The position numbers and the translations under genes were made by a program. The notes beneath the pieces were generated by a model. It was given only the letters and a program-made list of their open reading frames with translations. It was not told the DNA's origin and made no database searches. Positions 37,735 through 47,479 of a DNA stretch of 64,000 nucleotides are shown here, in pieces. Each line of letters opens with the position of its first letter. Within the stretch, counting starts at the first letter, position 1. Source of the DNA: Candidatus Latescibacterota bacterium (lineage in GTDB: Bacteria > Latescibacterota > UBA2968 > GCA-2709665); assembly GCA_965222075.1 (NCBI GenBank), contig OZ244937.1, forward strand, positions 3,808,001 to 3,872,000, read 5' to 3'.

Positions 37735-40014
37735 TCAGTTGGCCTGCTTTGAATCCTGTTCCCCCTCCTCGACCAGGGACCCGCGCTTGCTAAACACGAT
37801 CCCGATGCCCAGGGCAATAATGCAGGTAAGAACGACCACCATGCGGCCAATAGAGAACTCGTTGAAGTGAACGTACACAACAAAGGGTGCAACGAGAAGG
37901 CCGACCAGATTCATCACCTTGATCAGCGGGTTGAACGCCGGTCCCGCCGTGTCCTTGTAGGGATCGCCCACCGTGTCACCGATCACGCCCGCCTTGTGGG
38001 CGTCGGTCCCCTTGCCGCCCAGGAACCCGTCCTCGATCTTTTTCTTGGCATTATCCCATGTTGCCCCGGTATTGCACATATACCCGGCAAGCAGCTGCCC
38101 CGTAAGGATCGCACCGGCTAAGTACCCGCCCAGAGCGCCCGGCCCCAGGCCAAAACCGACCAGCACCGGCGTGGCGATGGCCAGGATGCCGGGGCCAAGG
38201 AGTTCCTTCTGCGCGGCCGCCGTTACAATATCCACACAGGTGCCGTAATCCGGCTTCTCTTTGCCCGTCATAATGCCGGGATGTTCCCGGAACTGCCGAC
38301 GAACCTCCTCCACAACCTGGAATGCGGCACGGCCCACAGCCTTGATCGCAAACGAAGAAAACAGAAACGGCACGGCCCCGCCAATCAGCAGACCCACAAA
38401 TACCTGTGGAAGGTTCACCTGAATACCCGTCTCGATCAGGCCCGTGGCGTCGATAAAGGAACTGAAAAGGGAGATGGCCGCAATCACCGCCGTGGCAATG
38501 GCCAGCCCCTTCGTCAATGCCTTGGTGGTATTCCCGATGGCGTCCATCCAGGCCAGGTTCCGGCTGGCCTCGTGCTCCTCCGTAATGCCCGACATCTCGA
38601 AAATGCCGTGCGCATTGTCAGTGATGGGGCCGTAGGTATCCATCGCCAGGATGAACCCGGTGGTCGTCAGCAGCCCCAGACCGGTCAGCGCGATGCCGTA
38701 GGCGGCCAGGGCGGGACTGTCCGGGAAAATGATCAGGGAGGAGATGATCGTCAGGCTAATGGTGACCACCGCCCAGACCGTCGACTCCAGCCCCTCGGCC
38801 ATACCCGCTAAGATCAGCGTGGCCGGCCCGGTTCGAGAAGCCACGGCGGTCTCTGTGGTCGGCCGCAGGTCCGGATGGGTGAAATGGTTGGTCAGCCACA
38901 GCGTGACAATAGCCAGGACGATGCCCATCGTCGTCGCCCAGAAAAACCGAAAGTCGGGCGCACCCGTATTGGGGTCGGTCAAATAGAAAAAATTGACAAT
39001 GGCGAAGCCCAAAATAGACACAAGAGACGCCGTCCAGTAGCCCACGCTGATGGGCCGCATCGGGTCCGCCAGCTCCTGTTCCTTCGCCCGCACCGCCCAG
39101 GTGCCGATAATGGACGAGAAGACGCCGACCGCGCGGATGAGGAGCGGATAGATGATAAGCTTCAGGGCGAACCCTGCCGATGCCGCCCCGTAGACCTCGT
39201 TGAAGTGCGCATCCAGCGTGGCCACCGCCGCTAAGATGATGGCAGCCACAAGCGTCACTTCATAGGACTCGAACACATCCGCCGCCATCCCGGCGCAGTC
39301 CCCCACGTTATCCCCCACATTGTCGGCAATCACCGCCGCATTTCGCGGGTCATCCTCCGGGATGTTCTGTTCCACCTTGCCCACCAGGTCCGCGCCCACG
39401 TCCGCCGCCTTGGTGAAAATACCCCCGCCCACCCTCATGAACAGGGCTGCGAGCGACCCACCGAACCCGAAGCCGATGAGGACCTTCATAGCATCCTCTT
39501 TGAAGATCATAAAAATCAGCGTTGCGCCAAGCAGCCCGAAGCCAACGGTGAACATGCCCGACACGGTCCCGGCGCGAAAAGCCAGCTCCAGCGCAGGCTT
39601 GAACCCCCGCAGGGCGGCGTTGGCCGTACGCACATTCCCCTTCACGGCCAACCACATCCCCACATAACCCGCCCCGTAGGAGGCCATCACGCCCATCAGA
39701 AAGGCCACGGCCACACCAATGGGAAGCGGGTGGGGGTACTGCTCGGGCATGCTGTGATACATGTAAAAAAGGCCGATGGTGATCACGATGACAAACCAGA
39801 TCATCGTCCTGACCTGCCGGCCCAGGTAGGCCATCGCCCCCTCCTCAATGGCGCGGGCAACCTGCTGCATCCGGGGTGTGCCGGGGTCTTCCTTGAGCAC
39901 CTGCCTGACCAGATACAATCCATACGCCAGCGCAACGAACGCAGACGCCAGAACAGCCCACAGCAATATCAACTCCGACTGCCCCAACGGGGGCAACTCA
40001 ATATGACCTTCCAT
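37735..40014 (-). CDS. hppA: Membrane H+-translocating pyrophosphatase, K+-independent type
   Basis: DVGADLVGKVEQNIPEDDPRN, DNVGDNVGD, GDTVGDPYKDTAGP; GNTTKA carries the Lys diagnostic of K+-independence. Confidence 0.93.
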   Translation of the reverse strand: MEGHIELPPLGQSELILLWAVLASAFVALAYGLYLVRQVLKEDPGTPRMQQVARAIEEGAMAYLGRQVRTMIWFVIVITIGLFYMYHSMPEQYPHPLPIGVAVAFLMGVMASYGAGYVGMWLAVKGNVRTANAALRGFKPALELAFRAGTVSGMFTVGFGLLGATLIFMIFKEDAMKVLIGFGFGGSLAALFMRVGGGIFTKAADVGADLVGKVEQNIPEDDPRNAAVIADNVGDNVGDCAGMAADVFESYEVTLVAAIILAAVATLDAHFNEVYGAASAGFALKLIIYPLLIRAVGVFSSIIGTWAVRAKEQELADPMRPISVGYWTASLVSILGFAIVNFFYLTDPNTGAPDFRFFWATTMGIVLAIVTLWLTNHFTHPDLRPTTETAVASRTGPATLILAGMAEGLESTVWAVVTISLTIISSLIIFPDSPALAAYGIALTGLGLLTTTGFILAMDTYGPITDNAHGIFEMSGITEEHEASRNLAWMDAIGNTTKALTKGLAIATAVIAAISLFSSFIDATGLIETGIQVNLPQVFVGLLIGGAVPFLFSSFAIKAVGRAAFQVVEEVRRQFREHPGIMTGKEKPDYGTCVDIVTAAAQKELLGPGILAIATPVLVGFGLGPGALGGYLAGAILTGQLLAGYMCNTGATWDNAKKKIEDGFLGGKGTDAHKAGVIGDTVGDPYKDTAGPAFNPLIKVMNLVGLLVAPFVVYVHFNEFSIGRMVVVLTCIIALGIGIVFSKRGSLVEEGEQDSKQAN

Positions 40015-40036
40015 GGAACGGTTGACCCTCCCTCCT

Positions 40037-40600
40037 TTAAGAATTATAACGATTCATCGCCGCATCCGGACCCAACGCCGTCCAGCACGCCACGCCATCG
40101 GCCGCCGTCCGGACCAACCTCTCGACCCCTTCCAGCTCACCCTCGTCGAATCCATTCAACACATAGGCAACAAGGCCCATCTCTTCCGGAGGCATGCCAA
40201 TACCCATCCGGAGCCTTGGGAACCCGGCAGCCCCTACGGTTTCAATGATCGAAGCCAGCCCGTTGTGCCCCCCATCGCTTCCTTTTCGCCGCAGCCGAAC
40301 ACACCCCAGGTCCAGATACACGTCGTCAACCACCACCAGCGCATCTTCCAGAGCAATACCGAACCGCCGGAGGACGTCTCCAACCGCAGTCCCGCTGCTG
40401 TTCATATACACCGTCGGCTTGACCAGCAGCAGCGGCTTTGACGCACAGGCCACCTCACAGAAGAGATACGTAGACGCCCGCGCCCAATCCCCTCCCAGGT
40501 CGCCTGCCAGCAAATCGACCACCCGGAAGCCCAGATTGTGGCGGGTACCGGCATAACGCGCCCCCGGGTTGCCCAGGCCCACTGCGGCCTGCACAATCAT
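40037..40600 (-). CDS. pth: Peptidyl-tRNA hydrolase
   Basis: GLGNPG..Y..TRHNLGF, KPTVYMNSSG, GGHNGL, RLRMGIG. Confidence 0.93.
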   Translation of the reverse strand: MIVQAAVGLGNPGARYAGTRHNLGFRVVDLLAGDLGGDWARASTYLFCEVACASKPLLLVKPTVYMNSSGTAVGDVLRRFGIALEDALVVVDDVYLDLGCVRLRRKGSDGGHNGLASIIETVGAAGFPRLRMGIGMPPEEMGLVAYVLNGFDEGELEGVERLVRTAADGVACWTALGPDAAMNRYNS

Positions 40601-40608
40601 ACCCCCCT

Positions 40609-41301
40609 CTACTGCGATCTGCCTTCCTCGGCCTCCTCCTCACCGCGCCTGCCCCGCTCGATAACCTCAGGCTCCTGCATCTCCTCTTCCTCCACCTCCA
40701 CCCCTTCCTCTTCCTCTTCCTCCACCTCCTTGACCACAGTGGGCGGAACCACCACGAACACCGAACGATCCCCTTCGGTAACAATCCGGACATCGCCCCC
40801 AACAGAGAGATCCGAAACGTGGACCGTATCTCCGATACGCATCTCAGACACATCCAACTCGATCCGCTCGGGGATCTGGGTGGGCAGACACTCCACCTCC
40901 ACCGTGTAGAGCATGTGCTCCAGGATCCCCCCATCGGCCCGCACCCCAACCGGGATGCCCACCCCCACAACCGACACATCCAACACGATTTTCTCGGTCA
41001 GAGAAATCCGGTGAAAGTCTACATGCAGGATGCTGTCCCCAATAGGGTGCTGCTGGATCTCCTTGATAATGGTGGTTTGGAAGGCGTCCTTTCCATCTTC
41101 CAGTACCAGGGAAATGATGGTATTCCGGCCCTGAGTATGCAGGATGTCCTCCAGGTGCTTCCGGTCCACCAAACAGGGCACCGTCGGCTCGTTGTCTCCA
41201 TATACCACCGCTGGAAGGTAGCCCTGCTGCCGGAGGTGTTTGGCCGCCTGTTTTCCGCTCTGCCGGCGCAACCTGGCCTGTAGTACCACATCATCAGCCA
41301 T
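40609..41301 (-). CDS. rplY: 50S ribosomal protein L25/Ctc
   Basis: LRQQGYLPAVVYG, ILHVDF, GGILE, CLPTQIPE, EPEVI. Confidence 0.93.
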   Translation of the reverse strand: MADDVVLQARLRRQSGKQAAKHLRQQGYLPAVVYGDNEPTVPCLVDRKHLEDILHTQGRNTIISLVLEDGKDAFQTTIIKEIQQHPIGDSILHVDFHRISLTEKIVLDVSVVGVGIPVGVRADGGILEHMLYTVEVECLPTQIPERIELDVSEMRIGDTVHVSDLSVGGDVRIVTEGDRSVFVVVPPTVVKEVEEEEEEGVEVEEEEMQEPEVIERGRRGEEEAEEGRSQ

Positions 41302-41330
41302 GCTTGAATTCTCCGTTCAACGCAAAAAAA

Positions 41331-41401
41331 CTGCCGGGCAGGGATTCGAACCCTGATTAACGGCTCCAAAGGCCGCGGTCTTGCCATTAGACGACCCGGC
41401 A
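41331..41401 (-). tRNA. tRNA-Gln(TTG), CCA not encoded
   Basis: TGCCGGG/CCCGGCA acceptor stem, D-loop TAATGGCAA, anticodon arm GCGGC-CTTTGGA-GCCGT, GGTTCGAATCC. Confidence 0.95.
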
Positions 41402-41409
41402 ATCCAAAT

Positions 41410-42273
41410 TCAAACCTTCGGACGACACAGACTAACCCGGTAGCCCCGCAACCCCGTGGCCGCTTCCGCCGCCTGCCTGCCCTCCCCAAAAACACCGTAC
41501 AGGGTTGATCCGCTCCCCGAAAGCGAACAGGCCAAAGCCCCGGACGCCTCCAGAGCGCTCAGGATGGGATCCACCTCCGGATAAGTCGTTTTCAGAAGGG
41601 GCAAAAAGTCGTTTTCCAAACAGGTGAACAAAACGTCCGCGCAAAGTTCCCCATTTTCCTCTATAGAATTCAGAAAACTAATATATCCGGATGCTTCTGT
41701 CAAGGCAATTTTCAAATTCCGATAGGCCCATCCGCTCGACACCTGGAATCCGGGGTGAACCAGGACATAATGGAAATCCGCCTGCCAGGGGATATACCGG
41801 AGACACTCACCCCGCCCGGTGACCACGGCGGTCCCCCGCCTCAAAAAAAAGGGCACATCCGACCCCAGGTCCCCGGCCAGAGCCTCCAACCGCGCCCCGG
41901 AAAGGCGCAACGCCCACATCCCGTCCAGCACCCGAAGCACCGCCGCCGCATCCGAACTGCCCCCGCCCAACCCTGCCCCGACCGGGATGCGTTTTTCCAG
42001 AACCACCCGAATGCCGTTCTCCGTCCCGGTGGCCTCCCGCAGGGCCTCCACCGCCTGAAAAACCAGATTCTCACGCCCCGCCGGAATCCCCGGGTCATCA
42101 CATAAAATCTCCGTCGCCCCCCTCGCCGCCGGTTCAAAAATCAGCCGATCGTGCAGGTCTATAGTCTGAAAAATCGATAGAATATCGTGATATCCATCCG
42201 CCCGCCGCCCCAGCACCTTAAGCCCCAGGTTGATCTTGGCATAGGCATACGCAATCGTCCGATTCACGCACAA
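41410..42273 (-). CDS. ispE: 4-diphosphocytidyl-2-C-methyl-D-erythritol kinase
   Basis: AKINLGL..RADGYHD, KRIPVGAGLGGGSSDAA, LGSDVPFF, LSGSGST. Confidence 0.93.
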   Translation of the reverse strand: MCVNRTIAYAYAKINLGLKVLGRRADGYHDILSIFQTIDLHDRLIFEPAARGATEILCDDPGIPAGRENLVFQAVEALREATGTENGIRVVLEKRIPVGAGLGGGSSDAAAVLRVLDGMWALRLSGARLEALAGDLGSDVPFFLRRGTAVVTGRGECLRYIPWQADFHYVLVHPGFQVSSGWAYRNLKIALTEASGYISFLNSIEENGELCADVLFTCLENDFLPLLKTTYPEVDPILSALEASGALACSLSGSGSTLYGVFGEGRQAAEAATGLRGYRVSLCRPKV

Positions 42274-42386
42274 TCTCCTTCAGATGTACATCCTCTCTGC
42301 CAAACTTGCAGGTGACGTCCTCGACCTTGCAAACCCGCAACACAGGCCCCTGTTTGGGTGTCTCAAGCCCAACGTGAAATTAAAGA

Positions 42387-42415
42387 TTGACGCTTTTGGA
42401 TAAATGTTATACATT
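42387..42415 (+). promoter_or_regulatory. Possible sigma70 promoter for the TPR gene
   Basis: TTGACG-17 nt-TACATT in an AT-rich divergent intergenic region. Confidence 0.45.
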
Positions 42416-42488
42416 GGAAGAAAAGCTCCCGGAAAAGAAGATAACCAGCGTAAAATTTTAAGATTATGAATACTTCAACGCCGATTGC

Positions 42489-45400
42489 GTGAAGGCTATG
42501 GTGTCGATCCGAACAGGTGGAATAGTGGGAGGTCTGCTCGTCGTCCTGGGCCTTTTCGCGCCTTTGACGGCACAGGGGCCCCAGGACGAAAAAGAACTGT
42601 TCGGGTTTGCCCAGAGGCTCTTTAAAGACGCCTCGTATGCCAATGCGGCGCAGGAATTCAGCCGGTTTATTGCCTACTTCCCAACCAGCGCCCGCCTCCC
42701 GGAGGCCATGCAGCGTCTGGGAGAAGCTTACTTTTTGGACGGGAAATATCAGGAAGCGATCGGCGCCTGTCAGGCATTTATCGACAAATACCCCAACCGC
42801 TTCAATGCAGCCGCGGTCATGCGCCGAAAGGCCGAGGCCCTCCTGCGTCTGAAAGAATATACAAAAGCCGGAATGGCCTTTCAAGAAGTGCACGACGCCT
42901 TTCCCGGCGGAGACTACGCCCCCCAGGACCTCCTCTACGCAGGCGACACGTTTCGCCTTGGAGGCGACCTCAACGCCGCAGAATCCGCACTCCGATCCCT
43001 CATCAGTACCCACCCCACGTCCCGGCTGATCCACGAAGCGACCTACAATCTCGGGCGCGTCCTGCTTGAGGCAAACCGTTCCGAAGAGGCGCTCGCCCAG
43101 TTCCGATCTATCGCCGAGTTTTCCGGAGCCACCGAACGGAAACCGGATGCCCTCCTCGAAATTGGAAACGTGGCCCTTGCCAGGGAGGACCTCCAGGAAG
43201 CCCAGCGGGTCTTCTTACAGCTTCGCAAAGCCTTCCCCAAAACGACTTCGGCCGAAACCTCCTACCTGGTGATGGCGCGCTGGTTTGTCGACAGAGGCGA
43301 CCTGCAACGCGCGGCCAAAACCTATGCCATGGCCCGCAACACCCTCCCCGGAAACGAACGTCGCCAGCAGGCCGTTCTGGGACTGGCCGACGCCAACCGA
43401 AAACTTGGCCGGAGCGCCGACGCCCTCAACCTGTATAGTCAATTTCTCAAAATCTATCCCTCCAGCCCCTTCCTGGCCCGGGCCTGGCTCGGCCTGGGTC
43501 GCGCTTATGCAGACCTGGAAAACGACCGACACGCCCTGGAAGCCTTCAAGCGCCTCCTGGAAGAATTCCCAAACGCCGACGTCAGCGTCCGGGCTTACAG
43601 CGATATGGGCGATATCTGGCGAAAGCACCGAACCCCCCAAAAGGCCCTCAACGCTTACCGGACCTATTTGGATCGGGTTGGTGACCCCGGCGCAAAGGCC
43701 TCGGCCCTGCTGCGCATCGCCCGGCTCTACGAGGAAGACCTGGAGTGGTACGACCGGGCCGCCGATACCTATCGTAAACTCCTCGATACGACGCCTCCCT
43801 ATGCCTCCGAAGGCCAGTTCGGGCTGGCCCGCACCTTCGAAAAAACCGGGCAACCCAAACTGGCCCTTCGAGAATACCGGACCTATCTCCAAAAGTTTCC
43901 CGGCAGCACCCGTGCGGCAGAGGCCGAAACCCGTATTCAATACCTCCGGGAGTTTGCACGCAGCGAGAGTCCCCCGGATGCCCTCGTTGCGCTCCTGGCC
44001 GACCTCCCCTCCGTCGCAGCCGACCCGGAAGCCCGGTTTCGGCTGGGGCGCTTCCTCTACCAGCACCGAAACTATCGCCTGGCCGCCGAAAACCTTGAGG
44101 CCGCCCTTGCGGGCGACCCGGCCTCCTCGTATGCGCCCCAAGCCGGCTACCTCTTAGCCGAGAGCCATCTCAAACTTGCCCGCAAAGCACACCTTGGAAC
44201 CGACCTGCAAGAAGCAAGGGCCTGGCAGCGGAAAGGCCTGGCAGCACTTCAGAATGTCGTATCCCAATACCCCCAAAGCGACTGGGCGGACGATGCGGCG
44301 CTGGGGGTGATCCGGCAGACCCTGGTGGAGGTCACGCCCGACTCTGCGCGTGCGCGACGCATGCTCGACGCCTACGGCAAATTTGAGCAGACCTATCCCA
44401 CCAGCAACCGGCGCGACACCGCCCTGCTGCGGGTGGCCGATGCCTACCTCCTGCTCGGCCGGACCGATCCCCTCCGGATCGCGGACGCGCTTGCGGCCTA
44501 CCGCAGCTTGCAGAGGAACTTCCCCGAAAGTCCCTTAAGCGCGCAGGCGGCCTACGGAATCGGCATCTGCCAGGCCCGCCAAAAGAATTACATCGATGCC
44601 GAAGAGACGCTGCGCAACTTCTTCTTCGAGTTCCCGCAAAACGACCTGGCCGACCGTGCCCGATTCGAACTGGGGCGCATCCTCCTGGAGAGAGAATACT
44701 ACGCCAGCGCCGCCGAAGCGTTCTCCGAACTCCTCGTCAGCCCTTCCTCTTTGGAACGCGAGCGTTCAAGCCGGGCGCTCCTGGCCGAGTGCTACTTCCG
44801 CCTGAAAAACTACGCCGGCGCCATCCGGATCGACCGCGGCCTGCTCCGGCGAGGCGCCGAACCCTCCCTCCTCCGGCGGCTCGCCAGGGCCTACCAAAAA
44901 AGCGGACAACACGAGAAAGCCGTTGAAACCTACGCGGCCTTTCTCAGAACCTTTCCCGATGCAGCCAACGCCGACAGCATCGCTTTTACCCGGGCGGAAC
45001 TCCTCTCCTTCTTGAACCGCACCCCCGAAGCCATCGCCGCCTTCCAGGAATTTACGAAAAAATTTCCCAAAAGCCCCCTCCGGGGCGAAGTCGGCCGAAA
45101 CGTGGGCAACCTCCTGTTTGAAACGGGAAATTATGAAAAGGCGTTTGCGGCCTATCAAAACCTCTCCCCCTCGGCCCGCAACGAATCTGTTGCCGGCCGG
45201 GAGGTCCTGAGTCTTTACCGCCTGAAGCGCATCAAAGACGCCCGAAAAAGTGAAAAAAAGTTTAAAAAGACCTACCCGAACGCCCGTTCCTGGCTGGCCC
45301 TGCTCCAGGTGGAAGGGGGGAAATACCACCTCGAGTCCGGCAACCCCAAAAAGGCCCGGGGAATTTTTGAAAACGTCATCAAAAAATACGCCGATACCAG

Positions 45401-46133
45401 CGCGCTGGCAGAGGCGCACTACTACCAGGCGCGCGCTTTGTATAAAGAGGGACGCGCAGAAGACTACGAAAAAGCCCTGGGCGCCTTTGTAAAAGACCGC
45501 TCCGACAACCCGCACTGGACCGACGCAGCGGTCGAACTGGCAGACCTCTACCATAAAAATGAAAACTACGCCGGGGCGTCTAAAACCTATCAACGCGCGC
45601 TTAACAACGGCCTCTCGCCCCAACAAAAACCCTTGATCCTCTCAAAACTTGTGAGTACGCACAGAAACCTCAAATGGTACGACACCGCAATCCACTATGC
45701 GCGCCAACTCGCTCAGGAATTCCCCCGGCACAGCCTCGCCGCCGAAGCCCGAATGGACATCGGCATCATGCTACACGACAAAGGAGACTACCGGCAGGCC
45801 ATTCAGGAACTGACCCCCCTGCTCAAAATCGTAGAGAAAGACAACTGGTCGCTTGTGCAGTATGATATTGCGGAATGCTACTTCAAAATGGGCGACTACG
45901 ATAGCGCAAAACGGGAATACTTAAAACTCCGATACAACTTCCAGGGCTCCACACAATGGCTGGCAAGCGCGTATGCAGGCATCGCCTTCTGCTATGAAGC
46001 CCAGGGCAGCTATCAAAAAGCCATCGCGGAACTGGAAGAGATCCGGCGTCGATTCGGGTCTACCAGTGACTTCGGCACCCATGCCGGAGATTACATTCAA
46101 AAGCTTCAAAAACACCTCAACACAGACCCGTAG
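42489..46133 (+). CDS. Large exported tetratricopeptide-repeat protein (YbgF/BamD-like repeats)
   Basis: Signal peptide; many TPR pairs with (F/Y)P.S..A..A...LG motifs. Confidence 0.85.
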   Translation: MKAMVSIRTGGIVGGLLVVLGLFAPLTAQGPQDEKELFGFAQRLFKDASYANAAQEFSRFIAYFPTSARLPEAMQRLGEAYFLDGKYQEAIGACQAFIDKYPNRFNAAAVMRRKAEALLRLKEYTKAGMAFQEVHDAFPGGDYAPQDLLYAGDTFRLGGDLNAAESALRSLISTHPTSRLIHEATYNLGRVLLEANRSEEALAQFRSIAEFSGATERKPDALLEIGNVALAREDLQEAQRVFLQLRKAFPKTTSAETSYLVMARWFVDRGDLQRAAKTYAMARNTLPGNERRQQAVLGLADANRKLGRSADALNLYSQFLKIYPSSPFLARAWLGLGRAYADLENDRHALEAFKRLLEEFPNADVSVRAYSDMGDIWRKHRTPQKALNAYRTYLDRVGDPGAKASALLRIARLYEEDLEWYDRAADTYRKLLDTTPPYASEGQFGLARTFEKTGQPKLALREYRTYLQKFPGSTRAAEAETRIQYLREFARSESPPDALVALLADLPSVAADPEARFRLGRFLYQHRNYRLAAENLEAALAGDPASSYAPQAGYLLAESHLKLARKAHLGTDLQEARAWQRKGLAALQNVVSQYPQSDWADDAALGVIRQTLVEVTPDSARARRMLDAYGKFEQTYPTSNRRDTALLRVADAYLLLGRTDPLRIADALAAYRSLQRNFPESPLSAQAAYGIGICQARQKNYIDAEETLRNFFFEFPQNDLADRARFELGRILLEREYYASAAEAFSELLVSPSSLERERSSRALLAECYFRLKNYAGAIRIDRGLLRRGAEPSLLRRLARAYQKSGQHEKAVETYAAFLRTFPDAANADSIAFTRAELLSFLNRTPEAIAAFQEFTKKFPKSPLRGEVGRNVGNLLFETGNYEKAFAAYQNLSPSARNESVAGREVLSLYRLKRIKDARKSEKKFKKTYPNARSWLALLQVEGGKYHLESGNPKKARGIFENVIKKYADTSALAEAHYYQARALYKEGRAEDYEKALGAFVKDRSDNPHWTDAAVELADLYHKNENYAGASKTYQRALNNGLSPQQKPLILSKLVSTHRNLKWYDTAIHYARQLAQEFPRHSLAAEARMDIGIMLHDKGDYRQAIQELTPLLKIVEKDNWSLVQYDIAECYFKMGDYDSAKREYLKLRYNFQGSTQWLASAYAGIAFCYEAQGSYQKAIAELEEIRRRFGSTSDFGTHAGDYIQKLQKHLNTDP

Positions 46134-46155
46134 GGGCGACCCTTGGGGTCGCCCG
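46130..46155 (+). repeat. GTAG-type REP overlapping the TPR gene stop codon
   Basis: GTAGGGGCGACCCTTGGGGTCGCCC palindrome, related to the REP at about 22297-22321. Confidence 0.75.
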
Positions 46156-46173
46156 CCCTGGAGAAAACGCCTC

Positions 46174-47343
46174 ATCGAAAAAGACATCAAAATTCTGGGG
46201 CACTCAGACGCCTTACGGCAAATCCGGGACACCATCGCACAGATTGCTCCCACACCGATCATCGTCCTGATCACCGGAGAGAGCGGTACGGGAAAAGACC
46301 TGATTGCCGAGTCCATCCACCAGCACAGCCCCCGCCGTAACGCACGCTTCCTGACCGTCAACTGCGGCGCCATCCCCGAAACCCTGCTGGAAAGCGAACT
46401 CTTTGGCCACCAAAAGGGCGCCTTCACCGATGCCCGGACGCATCGGCCGGGCATCTTCGAGGCCGCAGACGGCGGTACGGTCTTCCTGGACGAAATCGGA
46501 GAGATGTCGCTCTCCGCCCAGGTTCGACTCCTGCGGGTACTGGAAGGCCGGGAGATCACCCGCCTCGGCAGCACCCGGCCCACCGAAATAGACGTCCGGG
46601 TAATTGCCGCTACAAACCAGGACCTGAAACAGAACGTAGACAACGGCACCTTTCGCCGGGATCTCTACTACCGACTCAAAGTCGTCGAAATCGCGGCCCC
46701 CCCCCTGCGCAACCGCCCCGAAGACATCCCCATCCTCATCGACCACTTCGTCCAGCTCTACAGCCGGAAACACAACGTCCCTCCCATTGAACCGGATGCG
46801 CAGTCTATGGCCCTGCTTCAAAATTACCGCTGGCCCGGAAACGTCCGGGAACTCAAAAACCTCATCGAACGCCTGATAGTCCTTTCCGTGAACCGCCGCA
46901 TCGGGGTGGCCGATATTACCGCACACCTTGAAGACCTCGACGGAGCGGCCTCCCCGGGTGGTGAGGTCTCCAACCTTCCCGTCCACCTTGGCAAAACCCC
47001 CGAAGAATCCCACCACGACCTCCTCTACTGGGCCATCCTCGAAGTCGCCCGTGACCTCAAAGAACTCAAGGCCTACCTGATGGACAACCAGCCGGAAGTC
47101 CGGTCCCTCCCTGTGTACCCGCCCGAAGGAACACCCTTCGCCGGGCAGGCAACAGAAGTCGAAGTTACGGAATCGACCGCCCCTCCACCGGTTCCCGAAG
47201 ACGTCAAACCCCTTCGGGAAGTGGAGCGGGAAGCCATCGTCAAAGCGCTGCGAGCCACAGGGGGCCACCGCAAACGCGCAGCAAAACTCCTCGATATGCC
47301 GGAGCGCACCCTCTACCGCAAGATCCAGCAGTATAATCTCTGA
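46174..47343 (+). CDS. Sigma54-dependent Fis-family activator with no regulatory domain (start uncertain)
   Basis: GESGTGKD, NCGAIPETLLESELFGH.KGAFTDA, FLDEIGE, FRRDLYYRL, WPGNVREL, C-terminal HTH. Confidence 0.88.
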   Translation: MEKDIKILGHSDALRQIRDTIAQIAPTPIIVLITGESGTGKDLIAESIHQHSPRRNARFLTVNCGAIPETLLESELFGHQKGAFTDARTHRPGIFEAADGGTVFLDEIGEMSLSAQVRLLRVLEGREITRLGSTRPTEIDVRVIAATNQDLKQNVDNGTFRRDLYYRLKVVEIAAPPLRNRPEDIPILIDHFVQLYSRKHNVPPIEPDAQSMALLQNYRWPGNVRELKNLIERLIVLSVNRRIGVADITAHLEDLDGAASPGGEVSNLPVHLGKTPEESHHDLLYWAILEVARDLKELKAYLMDNQPEVRSLPVYPPEGTPFAGQATEVEVTESTAPPPVPEDVKPLREVEREAIVKALRATGGHRKRAAKLLDMPERTLYRKIQQYNL

Positions 47344-47479
47344 GGCCACCCCTATTCCTCACCCCTATATTTTTGGGAACCTTTCCCCACACTTACAGGT
47401 TTAAGCGGAGAACCCGGGTGCTGTGATTTTGGATAGCGGCTTTTAATCCTTCCATAATGCAGAAAGGAGTTGAAAACAG

